Origin: Deltaproteobacteria bacterium
GTDB lineage: Bacteria > Desulfobacterota > Desulfobacteria > Desulfobacterales > UBA2156
Reading direction: 5' to 3'
DNA length: 64,000 nt
NCBI GenBank assembly: GCA_019309485.1
Contig: JAFDGC010000001.1
Location: 81,772 to 145,771 of the forward strand
The position numbers were made by a program, and so were the translations under genes. Below, in pieces: positions 1-10,333 of this stretch; positions within the stretch are counted from its first letter, which is position 1, and every line of letters begins with the position of its first letter. Below the pieces are notes generated by a model that had not been told where the DNA came from, did no database searches, and saw only the letters and a program-made list of their open reading frames with translations.

Positions 1-59
1 ATGATTATGCTGTTTTGACCGCACCTGTTTTCAAAAAGGCTCTGTCAGAGGACAAGACC

Positions 60-536
60 ATGAAACGATTTGTGGGGGGAATCCAATCAATCGAAAAAAG
101 GGCTTCTCTCGTTAAAACCGGCGTCGGAATTACAGGCTTTCTAACTGTTCTTTTGTTCTTGTCTTCCCTCGCCGCAGCGGAGGTGTACCGGTGGGTGGAC
201 GAAAAAGGGGTTGTCCACTACACCGATACACCGCCTGCCCAAGATGCCGAAGAGATTCACAGTTATCCGGAGCTGTCCTTAGAAAACTCGCCGGCGGAAA
301 CCGATCCCAGGGACGCCCCCCGAACTCCGGAGATTGCCGCGCCGACCAAAACCACGACGGAACCCACACCGTCCCCCGAACCCCAAACACCCCCCGACAC
401 CGAAACCATGATCCGTCTCAAAAAGAATCTCGAAAAGCGCACCAGCAGCCACCAGCAGCGGAAATTTCAGCGCCGGATCAACGCCCAGAAGCTCAAGGAG
501 GGGCTGGATCCGGGTCAAGAGGAAAACAATCCCTAA
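60..536 (+). CDS. DUF4124-family exported protein
   Basis: Hydrophobic signal segment ending in AAA, then EVYRWVDEKGVVHYTDTPP (DUF4124 signature) and a Pro/Thr-rich tail. ATG at 60 is preferred over TTG at 15. Confidence 0.8.
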   Translation: MKRFVGGIQSIEKRASLVKTGVGITGFLTVLLFLSSLAAAEVYRWVDEKGVVHYTDTPPAQDAEEIHSYPELSLENSPAETDPRDAPRTPEIAAPTKTTTEPTPSPEPQTPPDTETMIRLKKNLEKRTSSHQQRKFQRRINAQKLKEGLDPGQEENNP

Positions 537-560
537 CCCCTTTTCGGAAAGATATACGCC

Positions 561-737
561 ATGAGCATGACCCAGCGCGTCCTTATTGCCGGCGCCGTAT
601 TGGCACTGGACCTGGTGGTGTTTTTCTTCCCCCTCGCCGCCGTTTTCGTCGCCTACGTACTCATCGTCAATCCCCCCTGGTTCCGGGATTTTTTGGATCG
701 ATTGGGTCCGGCAAACCCCGCGGCGTCGAAGGATTGA
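561..737 (+). CDS. small membrane protein (58 aa), absent from the ORF track
   Basis: Manual translation: MSMTQRVLIAGAVLALDLVVFFFPLAAVFVAYVLIVNPPWFRDFLDRLGPANPAASKD*. It fills the gap between the two flanking plus-strand genes. Confidence 0.7.
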   Translation: MSMTQRVLIAGAVLALDLVVFFFPLAAVFVAYVLIVNPPWFRDFLDRLGPANPAASKD

Positions 738-743
738 ATCCGG

Positions 744-1688
744 ATGCCGTCCAAAATGCAAAAGCCCGTGCTCCTGGTGGCCCTGGGCGGAAACGCCCTC
801 ATCCGGAAAGGACAAAAAGGGACCCTTTCCGAACAGTTTGAAAACCTCGCCGTGCCGGTCCGCCAGATCGCCCGCCTTTCCCCTTTATATAAAATCATCA
901 TCACCCACGGGAATGCCCCCCAGGTGGGAAGCCTTCTCCTCCAGCAGGAAAGCTGCCCCGCGGTCCCCAAGCTCCCCCTGGAGATCCTGGTGGCCCAGAC
1001 CCAAGGGTGGCTCGGATACATGATCGAATCCACCCTGGACAGCAGCCTGATGGAACTGGGGGTCCCTTCCCACCCCCTCGTGAGCCTCATCAGCTACGTG
1101 GTGGTGGACCCGACGGATCCGGCGTTTTCCGCGCCCACCAAACCCATCGGTCCTGTCTACAGGCGGAAAAAAGACGCGCCCCCCGGTTACCCGCTGGTGA
1201 AAACCCCAAAAGGGTACCGCCGGTCCGTGGTCTCCCCACGGCCAGTGACCATCGTGGAAAAACGGGAAATTCGACGCCTCATCGGGGAGGATTTCATCGT
1301 GATCTGCTGCGGGGGCGGTGGAATCCCCGTCATCCGGGAAGGCCGCGCCTTTTCCGGGGTGGACGCCGTCATCGACAAGGATCTGGCCTCGGCCAAGCTC
1401 GCCGAAGAGGTGGGTGTGGACATCTTCGTCATCGCCACCGACGTGCCGGGTGCGGCCTTGGACTACGGGAGCGAACGGGAACGGTTCTTAAAAACCGTCT
1501 CCCCTGAACGTGCGAAACGCTATCTTGCCACCGGGCACTTCCCCGACGGCTCCATGGGGCCCAAGGTGGAGGCGTGCATCCAATTCTTGAAAACCGGCGG
1601 AAAGCGGGCCGTGATCACATCCGTGGATGCCATTGAAAAAGGCCTGGAAGGCAGCGCCGGAACCCAAATCCTCCCATCGATCCCTTGA
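744..1688 (+). CDS. arcC: carbamate kinase
   Basis: Motifs VALGGNAL, THGNxPQVG, PTKPIGP, GGGGIPV, AVIDKDLAS and GSMGPKVEA. Confidence 0.93.
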   Translation: MPSKMQKPVLLVALGGNALIRKGQKGTLSEQFENLAVPVRQIARLSPLYKIIITHGNAPQVGSLLLQQESCPAVPKLPLEILVAQTQGWLGYMIESTLDSSLMELGVPSHPLVSLISYVVVDPTDPAFSAPTKPIGPVYRRKKDAPPGYPLVKTPKGYRRSVVSPRPVTIVEKREIRRLIGEDFIVICCGGGGIPVIREGRAFSGVDAVIDKDLASAKLAEEVGVDIFVIATDVPGAALDYGSERERFLKTVSPERAKRYLATGHFPDGSMGPKVEACIQFLKTGGKRAVITSVDAIEKGLEGSAGTQILPSIP

Positions 1689-1707
1689 ACCCTCGGTCCC
1701 TTAAATT

Positions 1708-3420
1708 TCAACATACACCGCAGGCGCGGCACGACTCGATGGGACAAGGGGGAGAGGGTTTGCCTTCCATGGCCTGTTTGAATTCCTTTTTTAAAAATGC
1801 CTTTTGGATGCCGTGGTCGATGAAATCCCAGGGGAGGCGTTCATCCAGACCTTTTTCCCGGTGCACGTAGAAGCCGGGGTTGACGGAAGCCGTCTTCAGG
1901 GTCCGGGGCCAATTCCCCTGGTTTTGGTGGACAGTAAAAAGAATCTCTCCGACCCGTCGGTCCCCCAGGGAAAGGAGCCCCTGGATTAAGGCCCACCGGG
2001 GCACATCCGCATGAACCCGGAAATTGGAGACGTTCCCCAGGCCGGTTTTGACTTTTTTGATTTTTTCTTTCAGTACGCCCACCGTGTCCATGGGCGCCCA
2101 CTGGAACGGCGTCACAGGCTTAGGAACAAAGGAATTCAGGCTCACCGTAATGGTTCCCATGCGTCCTTTGGGACGGCTGGCCTTGAGGAACCGGTCCTTG
2201 ATCCGCCTGCAGAGGGCAATAATGGCCGCAACATCCTCGGCGGTTTCCGTGGGGAGGCCCACCATGAAATAAAGCTTCAAATTCAAGATCTCGTTTTCCA
2301 CCAGGGCCTGGACCGCCTCCAAAATCCGGGTTTCAGTGAGATGCTTATTGATCACGATGCGCATCCGTTCGGAACCCGCATCCGGGGCAAGGGTGGCGGT
2401 CTTGGTCTTGCTTTTCTTCAACAAGGCAAAGACGGGCGGACTCAAGGCATCGGCCCGAAGGGAACTGAAACCGGCCGTCATGCCGTGTGCCAGGATCCGG
2501 GAACAGATCGTATCGATCTCCGGGTGATCCGCCACCGCTCCGCCCACCAGGCCCACCCTGTCCGTCAGTGCACGTGCATCCCCAAAGGACGCCGCCAATG
2601 ACGCCGGGCTCTGAAAACGGGGGGGGCGGTAGACGAATCCGGCGGCGCAAAACCGGCATCCATGGGGACATCCCCGGCTCACCTCCACCAGAAAGGCGCG
2701 TCCGAAGGTCGTCTCCGGCCCAATGATCACACTCTTGGCCGGTTGAACGGAAAGATCCTTGCAATACACCCGTTGTATTTTTTCAGGAACATCTGCATTG
2801 GGCAGAAAGGATTGGAGCGTGCCGTCCCGCCGGTAGGCGGGCGCATAAAACCGCGGCACATACGCGCCGGGCACTTCCCGGGCCAGGTGCAGCAGGAAGG
2901 ATTTTCGGTCTTTTTGCGCCCGGGGGCCGGAATCGGAAAGGCAGTCGAAGAAGGGCGGCACGATTTCTTCGGCTTCTCCGATGAACAAGCAATCCATAAA
3001 CAACGCCAGGGGTTCGGGATTCAAAAAGGCGGCAATCCCCCCTGCCACCACCCAGGGGTGGGGAAAGGATCTCTCGGTGGAAAGCAGGGGGAGTCTTGCC
3101 CGTTGCAGGATGGAAAGGAGGTTGGGGTAATCGTTTTCAAATGAAACGGAAAAAGCGATGACATCCACATCCGAAAGGCGGCGCCGGGTTTCCAGGGTGC
3201 GAATACCCGCATTTTCCGACGAATCCGGCTCGGGATAAAACGCCCGTTCACAAGAAACGCCCGGGAGCCGGTTGATCAGGGCATAGACGGCCTGGAACCC
3301 CAGGCTCGACATTCCCAGGGAATACCGGTTGGGATACACCAGGGCCACTGTCACCTCGGCGGCGGGTTTCCTGACGACTCCGGTCTCCTCGGGTGAAACG
3401 CGTTTCGCTCTTTTCCCCAT
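1708..3420 (-). CDS. B12-binding-like radical SAM protein (TIGR03960-like)
   Basis: ALVYPN..GMSSLG N-terminus, EVSRGCPHGCRFC (CxxxCxxC), KLYFMVGLP, FVPKPxTPFQW and a C-terminal Cys cluster. Start is 3420 or 3444. Confidence 0.85.
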   Translation of the reverse strand: MGKRAKRVSPEETGVVRKPAAEVTVALVYPNRYSLGMSSLGFQAVYALINRLPGVSCERAFYPEPDSSENAGIRTLETRRRLSDVDVIAFSVSFENDYPNLLSILQRARLPLLSTERSFPHPWVVAGGIAAFLNPEPLALFMDCLFIGEAEEIVPPFFDCLSDSGPRAQKDRKSFLLHLAREVPGAYVPRFYAPAYRRDGTLQSFLPNADVPEKIQRVYCKDLSVQPAKSVIIGPETTFGRAFLVEVSRGCPHGCRFCAAGFVYRPPRFQSPASLAASFGDARALTDRVGLVGGAVADHPEIDTICSRILAHGMTAGFSSLRADALSPPVFALLKKSKTKTATLAPDAGSERMRIVINKHLTETRILEAVQALVENEILNLKLYFMVGLPTETAEDVAAIIALCRRIKDRFLKASRPKGRMGTITVSLNSFVPKPVTPFQWAPMDTVGVLKEKIKKVKTGLGNVSNFRVHADVPRWALIQGLLSLGDRRVGEILFTVHQNQGNWPRTLKTASVNPGFYVHREKGLDERLPWDFIDHGIQKAFLKKEFKQAMEGKPSPPCPIESCRACGVC

Positions 3421-3512
3421 GAAAATCGGTTCCTTGGCCGGCACGCATCCCCGCGCTTCCGAAATCCGTTGCGTTCAATGCACGGGCTTGTCTCTCGAGG
3501 ATGCCGTTGGCG

Positions 3513-4700
3513 TCAATCCGCTTTCTTCCGCAAAAACGTGGGGACATCGAGGTCGCCGTTATCGATGATCAGCCCCTTGTATCCCCGGTACATGGCCCCG
3601 GACGCTTCTCCGGAGGCTTCCCTTTCTCTAAGGAACGTGGGTCGCTCCAGATCCGCACCCCGTTCCAGATCGGTGGGGGTGACGTCCCGGATGCGCCCCC
3701 GGTGAAATCGGGTTTCGATCTTTTCAGGCCGGGCCGGGATCACTTCCGCACCGATGCCGGTGGCGATCACCGTCACCCGCATCTCGTCACCCAGGCTGTC
3801 GTCCAACACCGCGCCCCAGATGATCTCCGCTTCCTCTCCCACTTCCTTGTAGATCCGTTCCGAAGCCTCGGTGGTTTCATCCATGGTGAGGTCGGGGGAG
3901 GAGGTGATGTTCATGAGAACGCCCTTGGCCCCGGAAATGGAGATATCTTCCAGCAAAGGGTGGGAGATGGCGTTTTCGGCGGCCAGAACCGCGCGGTTTT
4001 CCCCGCTGGCGAACCCGATCCCCATGATGGCCATCCCGGCCTTGGACATGGTGGTCCGGACATCCGCAAAATCGAGATTGATGAGACCGGGCACCATGAT
4101 GAGATCCGTGATCCCTTTGACGGAGTGCAAAAGGATCTCGTCGGCCTTTTTGAACATCTCGAGCAGGGTGGCGTGCCGGGGGGCGATCCCCCGAAGCCGG
4201 TCATTGGGGATGGTGATGACCGTGTCGGCCACGTCCTTGAGCTTCTCGATCCCTTCATCGGCCTGCCGGGATCGCTTTTTCCCCTCAAAGGAAAAGGGGC
4301 GCGTGACCACGGCCACGGTCAGGGCGCCGATCTCCTTGCAGATCTCGGCGATGACCGGTGCCGCCCCCGTGCCGGTGCCGCCCCCGAACCCGGCGGTGAT
4401 GAAGACCATGTGACTCCCGTCAAGGGTGTTCTTCAGGGTGTCCCAGGTCTCCAGGGCGGCCTCCCTTCCCAGTTGGGGGTTGGCCCCTGCTCCCAGTCCT
4501 TCCGTAAGGCATTCCCCCATCTGGATCTTGATGGGCGCCTTCGAGACTTCCAGGGCCTGGCAGTCGGTGTTTGCGGCAATGAACTCCACCCCCTGAAGAT
4601 TGGATGTGATCATGTTGTTGATGGCGTTTCCGCCGCCGCCGCCCACACCGATCACCTTGATCCTGGCGGACTTGGAGCTTTCCACGAATTTGAACATCAT
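3513..4700 (-). CDS. ftsZ: cell division protein FtsZ
   Basis: IKVIGVGGGGGNA, GGGTGTG, INLDFADV and C-terminal DVPTFLR. Confidence 0.99.
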   Translation of the reverse strand: MMFKFVESSKSARIKVIGVGGGGGNAINNMITSNLQGVEFIAANTDCQALEVSKAPIKIQMGECLTEGLGAGANPQLGREAALETWDTLKNTLDGSHMVFITAGFGGGTGTGAAPVIAEICKEIGALTVAVVTRPFSFEGKKRSRQADEGIEKLKDVADTVITIPNDRLRGIAPRHATLLEMFKKADEILLHSVKGITDLIMVPGLINLDFADVRTTMSKAGMAIMGIGFASGENRAVLAAENAISHPLLEDISISGAKGVLMNITSSPDLTMDETTEASERIYKEVGEEAEIIWGAVLDDSLGDEMRVTVIATGIGAEVIPARPEKIETRFHRGRIRDVTPTDLERGADLERPTFLREREASGEASGAMYRGYKGLIIDNGDLDVPTFLRKKAD

Positions 4701-4734
4701 TTCCCCACCTCCTTGAATTGTTTTGGTTCCAATT

Positions 4735-5961
4735 TCAAACCACTTCTTTGAACCATCGTCGCATCCGGTCCATGATCCGATTGAAAATGTTTTGATCCCG
4801 GATCCTGAACTTCTTCCGGCTCGTATTGCGCGCGCCGTATTTCACCAGCCCCACGCCGGTAGCATACATGGGATTGTTCACCACGTCGGTGAGTCCCCCG
4901 ATCCCCTCGGGCCGCCCCACCCGGACGGGCACATTGAAGATGGATTCGGCAATCTCCACCACGTCCTCCAAAAGCGCCGTCCCCCCGGTGATCACCATCC
5001 CGGAAGTGATGGTGTTTTCCATTTCCGCCCGGTACAATTCCCGCTTTACGATGTTGAAGATCTCTTCCATCCGGGGTTCGATGATCTCGGCCAAAATCTG
5101 CCGGGGGAGTTTTTTCGGCGAATGGGTCCCGGTCCCCCGGACTTCGATCATTTCGTCGGATTTGACATTCTTGGCCACACAAACGCCGTATTTGAGCTTG
5201 ATCTTTTCCGCTTCCGCCAAAGGCGCCCGGAGTCCCACGGCGATGTCGTTGGTGACGTTGCTTCCTCCGAGGGCCAATACAAAGGTATGCTTGACGTTCC
5301 GGTCCTTGAAGACCGCCAGGTCCGTGGTGCCGCCCCCCGCATCCAACAGCGCCGCCCCAAGATCCTTTTCCTCATCCGTCAAGACCGCCTCTCCCGAGGC
5401 CAGGGGCTCCAGGACGATGTCGCACACGTCGAGACCGGCGCGGTTGGCGCACTTGACAATGTTGTGGGCCGACGTGACCGCCCCCGTGACGATGTGGATC
5501 TTGGTCTCCAGGCGCACCCCGGACATCCCCACCGGGTTCTGAATCCCGTCTTGATCGTCCACGATGAATTCCTGGGGGATCACGTGGATCACTTCCCGGT
5601 CCATGGGGATGGCCACGGCCCGGGCCGCTTCCACCACCCGGTCCACATCCCCCTGGGTGATTTCCGGTCCCTTCACCGCGATGATGCCCCGGCTGTTGAA
5701 GCCGGTGATATGTCCCCCCGCGATCCCGGCATAGACGGAGGAAATTTCGCACCCGGCCATGAGTTCAGCCTCTTCGATGGCCTTTTTGATGGATTCCACC
5801 GTGGACTCGATGTTGACGACGACCCCTTTCCGCAGGCCAACGGAAGGGTGGGAGCCGATGCCCACCACATGGATTTCCTTCCCCTGGATCTCCCCCACGA
5901 CAGCGCAGATCTTGGTGGTCCCAATGTCCAATCCTACGACGATTTCTTTATCCCGCTGCAT
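4735..5961 (-). CDS. ftsA: cell division protein FtsA
   Basis: GLDIGTTKI, GxxKGVVVNIE, ITGG and YATGVGL; located just upstream of ftsZ. Confidence 0.98.
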   Translation of the reverse strand: MQRDKEIVVGLDIGTTKICAVVGEIQGKEIHVVGIGSHPSVGLRKGVVVNIESTVESIKKAIEEAELMAGCEISSVYAGIAGGHITGFNSRGIIAVKGPEITQGDVDRVVEAARAVAIPMDREVIHVIPQEFIVDDQDGIQNPVGMSGVRLETKIHIVTGAVTSAHNIVKCANRAGLDVCDIVLEPLASGEAVLTDEEKDLGAALLDAGGGTTDLAVFKDRNVKHTFVLALGGSNVTNDIAVGLRAPLAEAEKIKLKYGVCVAKNVKSDEMIEVRGTGTHSPKKLPRQILAEIIEPRMEEIFNIVKRELYRAEMENTITSGMVITGGTALLEDVVEIAESIFNVPVRVGRPEGIGGLTDVVNNPMYATGVGLVKYGARNTSRKKFRIRDQNIFNRIMDRMRRWFKEVV

Positions 5962-6810
5962 TCACGCCTCCCTGTGGGTTCCGGAGGTGAATTCGTCCGG
6001 AACCGGAATCACGACGATCCGATCCGTCTCCACAACGTCGATGGCATCGAAATCCGCGACACTTTCCATAAGGTTTAACCGGAAAAGCGCCTGTTTCAGC
6101 CCCGCCAGTTTCGTTTCCAGATCCCCGAACCCGAGGCGGACCGCTTTGCCCCCTTCAAACAGACATAACGTGATGCCGGTCTCAGGATCCGCATGGACGG
6201 ACCGGATCACCGGGGCGGGGATCATGGCGTTTCGGCGTTGTCCCAATTTCAAAACGGCCACTGCCGATTCCCACGCCGCCCCGGGGGGGCCGCCCGGCGT
6301 GGGAATGTCCGAAAAATCGAGGCCCATGATCACCGGCAGATCCTGGGGGTCGGTGTCGGACCATTTTTTGAATATTTCACCTTTCGTGTTGATCAAAAAA
6401 AGACTCCCGAGGTCCACCAGCGCCAGGGGCGTTTCTTCATCAATCCGGATCTCCACCGTGTCCGGCAGCTGCCGTTTCACAGTGGCCTCCACGATCCAGG
6501 GGTGGGCCAAAAGCCGTTTCCGGGCCCGGTTTAAGTTCATGGCGAGAAGGCTCTTCCCTGTTTCCACCTGCGCCTGTTCCAGCACCGCTTTTTTCGACAG
6601 GTGCCGGTTGCCATCCACCACGATGGTCCGGATATTGAAATAATCCCACTGGGTGACCAGATCATGGACAAGGATGAATCCCGCACTTAATAGAGCAATC
6701 CCTGAAAACCATAAAAAACCCCTTCCGGCATGGATGAAAAAGCGACCGGCGTTTTCTCTTTTGATTTTCCGATCCGCCTTGTATCGGTTCTTTTTGGCCC
6801 TAGGCTCCAA
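5962..6810 (-). CDS. ftsQ: cell division protein FtsQ/DivIB
   Basis: Basic N-terminus, one TM segment, POTRA domain (PWIxxATVKRQLPDTVEIRI); upstream of ftsA. Confidence 0.9.
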   Translation of the reverse strand: MEPRAKKNRYKADRKIKRENAGRFFIHAGRGFLWFSGIALLSAGFILVHDLVTQWDYFNIRTIVVDGNRHLSKKAVLEQAQVETGKSLLAMNLNRARKRLLAHPWIVEATVKRQLPDTVEIRIDEETPLALVDLGSLFLINTKGEIFKKWSDTDPQDLPVIMGLDFSDIPTPGGPPGAAWESAVAVLKLGQRRNAMIPAPVIRSVHADPETGITLCLFEGGKAVRLGFGDLETKLAGLKQALFRLNLMESVADFDAIDVVETDRIVVIPVPDEFTSGTHREA

Positions 6811-7819
6811 TGATCTTCACCTCCGGCTCCAGCGGCACTTTGAATCGGTTCCATACCGTTTCTTCTATTTCCCGGGCCAGCGCCAGGATATCCGATGCCG
6901 TGGCGTTTCCGGTGTTGACGATGAAATTGGCATGTCTTTCGGAGACCATCGCCCCCCCGACGCGCCTGCCTCTGAGCCCGGCTTGATCGATGAGTTCGCC
7001 GGCGCTTTTCTCCGGAAACGGATTCTTGAAAAAACATCCGGCACTGGGCCATTTCCAGGGTTGCCGTTTTTTTCGCATGGCAAGAATCGTGGATGCCTCG
7101 ACCCGCAGCGATTCGGGGTCCGTGCGCAGCAAACGAAAAAGACCGGATAAAAGGATGGGGGGGGTCGCATCGGCCCCCGGCGCCCATTTCAATCCCCGGT
7201 AGTCAAAGTCCAGGGCGTTGCGCGGATACGTCCGGATCCGGCCGTCGGAACAAAAACCCTCCACGGCTTCCACCACGTCCGCCATGCATCCCCTTGGGCT
7301 TCCGGCATTCATCACAATCGCCCCCCCCACGGTTCCGGGGATACCCACGGCAAAGTTCATTCCGGCAAGCCCTTTTTGGATTGCAAAGCGACACAGCATC
7401 CGGGTCCGGGCCCCGGCCATGGCCCGGACCGTCACCACGGATCCCTCGTCTTGAACGATCTTGATTTTCCGAAACCCGTCGGACAAGGTAATCACCACAC
7501 CCCGGACGCCAGCATCCGTCACCAGCAGATTGGTCCCGTCTCCCAGCACAAAACAAGGAATCTCTTTTTCCCGACAAAAGGCGGTCAGCGTTTTCAATTC
7601 GCGGATCCCCCGAAGCGACAAAAACGCATCGGCAGCCCCGCCCACGCGAAAGGAGGTGTGCCGGGACATGGGTTCATTCCATTTCACCCTTTCTCCAAAT
7701 TGCACCTTCAGCCATTTTTTCATCTCCGGAGTTAAAACATCCTTGGAAGGGTTGCCTTTCCCGATACCCGTCGTTTTTTCTTGCGCCTTTGAAGGCCGTT
7801 TTTTCGAAAGCGCCTTCAT
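6800..7819 (-). CDS. murB: UDP-N-acetylenolpyruvoylglucosamine reductase
   Basis: HTSFRVGG, GxGTNLLV, [15 protein letters not shown], [13 protein letters not shown] and LEPEV. Confidence 0.97.
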   Translation of the reverse strand: MKALSKKRPSKAQEKTTGIGKGNPSKDVLTPEMKKWLKVQFGERVKWNEPMSRHTSFRVGGAADAFLSLRGIRELKTLTAFCREKEIPCFVLGDGTNLLVTDAGVRGVVITLSDGFRKIKIVQDEGSVVTVRAMAGARTRMLCRFAIQKGLAGMNFAVGIPGTVGGAIVMNAGSPRGCMADVVEAVEGFCSDGRIRTYPRNALDFDYRGLKWAPGADATPPILLSGLFRLLRTDPESLRVEASTILAMRKKRQPWKWPSAGCFFKNPFPEKSAGELIDQAGLRGRRVGGAMVSERHANFIVNTGNATASDILALAREIEETVWNRFKVPLEPEVKIIGA

Positions 7820-9186
7820 CCCAGTCTTTCAATCACCTTTTCACCGGCTTTCCATACATCCCCGGCACCCAGGGTGAGGAGAAGATCCCCGGGGTTCAAG
7901 ATCCCGTCAAGGACCTCGGGGACGGCCTCCAGGTCCTCCACGTAATGCACCTCTTTGTGGCCGTGAGCCTGGATCCCTTCGGACAGGAGGCGGCCGCTCA
8001 CCCCCTCCATCTCGGGCTCCGAGGCCGCGTAAATGGGGAGCACCAAGAGAACGTCGGACTGATAAAACGACCGGGTGAATTCATCAAAAAGGGCCCGGGT
8101 CCGGGTGTATCGATGGGGCTGAAAGACCACGACGGTCCGTCGGTTGGGCCAACCCTCCTTCACCGCCTCCAGGGTGGTCTTGATCTCCGTGGGGTGATGG
8201 CCGTAGTCGTCCACCACCGTGACACCCCTGACTTCCCCCTTGATTTCGAACCGGCGCTGCACCCCCTGTACCAAAGCCAGAGTTTCCCGGATCTTCTCGA
8301 AGGGGATTCCCAGTTCCAAGCCCACCGCTACGGCGGCCAGAGCGTTGGACACGTTATGGACTCCCGGCAGGTTCAACACCATCCGGCCCAGTTTCTGCTC
8401 CTTGAAATAGACCTGAAAACTGCTTTTCAGCCCTTCAAAGGAGACATCCTTGACCTGGAAGTCGGCCTGTACGCTCATGCCGTAAGTAGTGAATCGTTTC
8501 CGCAGGCGGGGAATCAGGGACTGGATCGGCTCGTTGTCCAGACACAGGACCGCCAGGCCGTAAAAAGGAATGCGATGTATGAACTCCAGGAATGCTTCCT
8601 GGATGGCCTCCATGTCTTCATAGTAATCGAGGTGTTCCCGATCGATATTGGTGACCACCGCAATGGTGGGGGACATTTTCAAAAAGGAACCGTCGCTTTC
8701 GTCGGCCTCGGCCACGATGAAGTCCCCCTTCCCCAGCACCGCATTGGCGCCGATGCCTTTGAGCTTCCCGCCGATGACGACCGTTGGATCGAGCCCGCCC
8801 GCGGCCAGTACCGCGGTCACCAGGGAGGTGGTGGTGGTCTTCCCGTGGGCCCCGGCCACAGCTACGCTGTATTTCAACCGCATCAGTTCCGCCAGCATCT
8901 CGGCCCGGGGAATGACCGGAATGGACGCCTTCCTGGCGCCGGTCACCTCCGGGTTGTCGGGCCGCACCGCCGAAGAAGTCACCACCACATCGGCTCCTTC
9001 GATCTGTTCCTCCGCGTGTCCCTCATAGATGGTGCCCCCCAGGTGCTGAAGCCGCCGGGTCAAATCGGAGGTCTTCAGGTCCGATCCAGACACCTTGTAC
9101 CCCAGGTTCAACAACAGCTCGGCGATGCCGCTCATCCCGATGCCGCCTATCCCTACAAAATGAATATGATATTTTTTCAAATACAT
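7816..9186 (-). CDS. murC: UDP-N-acetylmuramate--L-alanine ligase
   Basis: [36 protein letters not shown] and FQPHRYTRT. Confidence 0.98.
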   Translation of the reverse strand: MYLKKYHIHFVGIGGIGMSGIAELLLNLGYKVSGSDLKTSDLTRRLQHLGGTIYEGHAEEQIEGADVVVTSSAVRPDNPEVTGARKASIPVIPRAEMLAELMRLKYSVAVAGAHGKTTTTSLVTAVLAAGGLDPTVVIGGKLKGIGANAVLGKGDFIVAEADESDGSFLKMSPTIAVVTNIDREHLDYYEDMEAIQEAFLEFIHRIPFYGLAVLCLDNEPIQSLIPRLRKRFTTYGMSVQADFQVKDVSFEGLKSSFQVYFKEQKLGRMVLNLPGVHNVSNALAAVAVGLELGIPFEKIRETLALVQGVQRRFEIKGEVRGVTVVDDYGHHPTEIKTTLEAVKEGWPNRRTVVVFQPHRYTRTRALFDEFTRSFYQSDVLLVLPIYAASEPEMEGVSGRLLSEGIQAHGHKEVHYVEDLEAVPEVLDGILNPGDLLLTLGAGDVWKAGEKVIERLG

Positions 9187-9196
9187 TCGATGCGAT

Positions 9197-10333
9197 TCAG
9201 TCTTTTTGTTTCCATCGAAAACGAGTCCTCTTTCGACGCGCTTTTACTAGGGCCGTTATGTCGTCGACGATGACACGTGCGGCATCCGGCCGTCCGAAAT
9301 CTTTGGCCCTCAGGGCCATCCGGGAAAGGGCCTCCGGATGACCGGCATAATAAACGATCTTTTCGGCAAGCATCTTTCCATCAAGCATGATCTGAGGGAT
9401 CATCTCCGCGGCCCCTGCGTCCGCCAGTTCCCGGGCATTGCGGGTCTGGTGGTCGTCGGCGGCAAAGGGAAACGGGACGAAGATCGCCGGTTTGCCTAAA
9501 GCCGTTAACTCGGCCACGGTGGTGGCCCCGGAGCGGCAAATGACCAGATCCGCTGCGGCGTATCGGTTTTCCATGTCGTCGAAAAAAGGGGCGACGGTGC
9601 CGGAAACTCCGGATGCGGCATACACCTGTCGAACCCAATGGACGTCCGCAGGGCCGGTTTGATGAATAAAATGAAACCGCGATTTTTCCGTCAGCGAATC
9701 CAGGGCCTGGGTCACGGCCACATTGACCGCATGCGCCCCCTGACTGCCGCCGATCACCAGGATCGTAAAGGGACGGTCTTCACGCACCGGCGCCTCGCCC
9801 ACCAACAGAACGGACCTGCGCACCGGATTTCCCGTATAAAGAACCCGGGGATGCTTCATGCGTTCCCGGGTACCGGGAAACGAGACATAGATTCGATCCG
9901 CCAGGGGGAAGAGCATCCGGTTGGTCATTCCCGGCAATCGGTTCTGTTCGAACAATACAATGGGTTTTCCCAGCACCCAACCGGCCAGCGCCACCACCCC
10001 GGCGGTGTAACTTCCCAGACCCGCTACGACATGGGGCTTGAAACGATGGATCACCCTGATGGATGCCACCAGCCCTTTCGGGATTTTTGCCGCCGCCGAA
10101 AGTTTTTCAAAAATACGGCGGCCTTTGATGCCTTCTACCGTGATGACGGCAAGGGGGAATCCGACCCGTTCCAGGGCCGCCCGCTCGAAGGGTTTTCCGG
10201 TGGTCACGAACAGGACTTCATGATTTCGGTTCCGGGCCGTGAGTTCCTGGGCCACGGCGATCCCGGGAAAAAGGTGCCCGCCGGTCCCCCCCCCACTGAA
10301 CAGCACGCGAATGGGTTGTGAAGGGGCGTTCAT
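9197..10333 (-). CDS. murG: undecaprenyl-PP-MurNAc-pentapeptide GlcNAc transferase
   Basis: GGGTGGH, GNPVR, GGSQGA, RSGATT and DDHQxxNA. Confidence 0.98.
   Translation of the reverse strand: MNAPSQPIRVLFSGGGTGGHLFPGIAVAQELTARNRNHEVLFVTTGKPFERAALERVGFPLAVITVEGIKGRRIFEKLSAAAKIPKGLVASIRVIHRFKPHVVAGLGSYTAGVVALAGWVLGKPIVLFEQNRLPGMTNRMLFPLADRIYVSFPGTRERMKHPRVLYTGNPVRRSVLLVGEAPVREDRPFTILVIGGSQGAHAVNVAVTQALDSLTEKSRFHFIHQTGPADVHWVRQVYAASGVSGTVAPFFDDMENRYAAADLVICRSGATTVAELTALGKPAIFVPFPFAADDHQTRNARELADAGAAEMIPQIMLDGKMLAEKIVYYAGHPEALSRMALRAKDFGRPDAARVIVDDITALVKARRKRTRFRWKQKD

Noticed and set aside
3501-9273. Long plus-strand ORFs (3501-4751, 4723-6078, 7789-9273)
   Set aside because: They are antisense shadows of ftsZ, ftsA and murC, expected from GC-biased codon usage.
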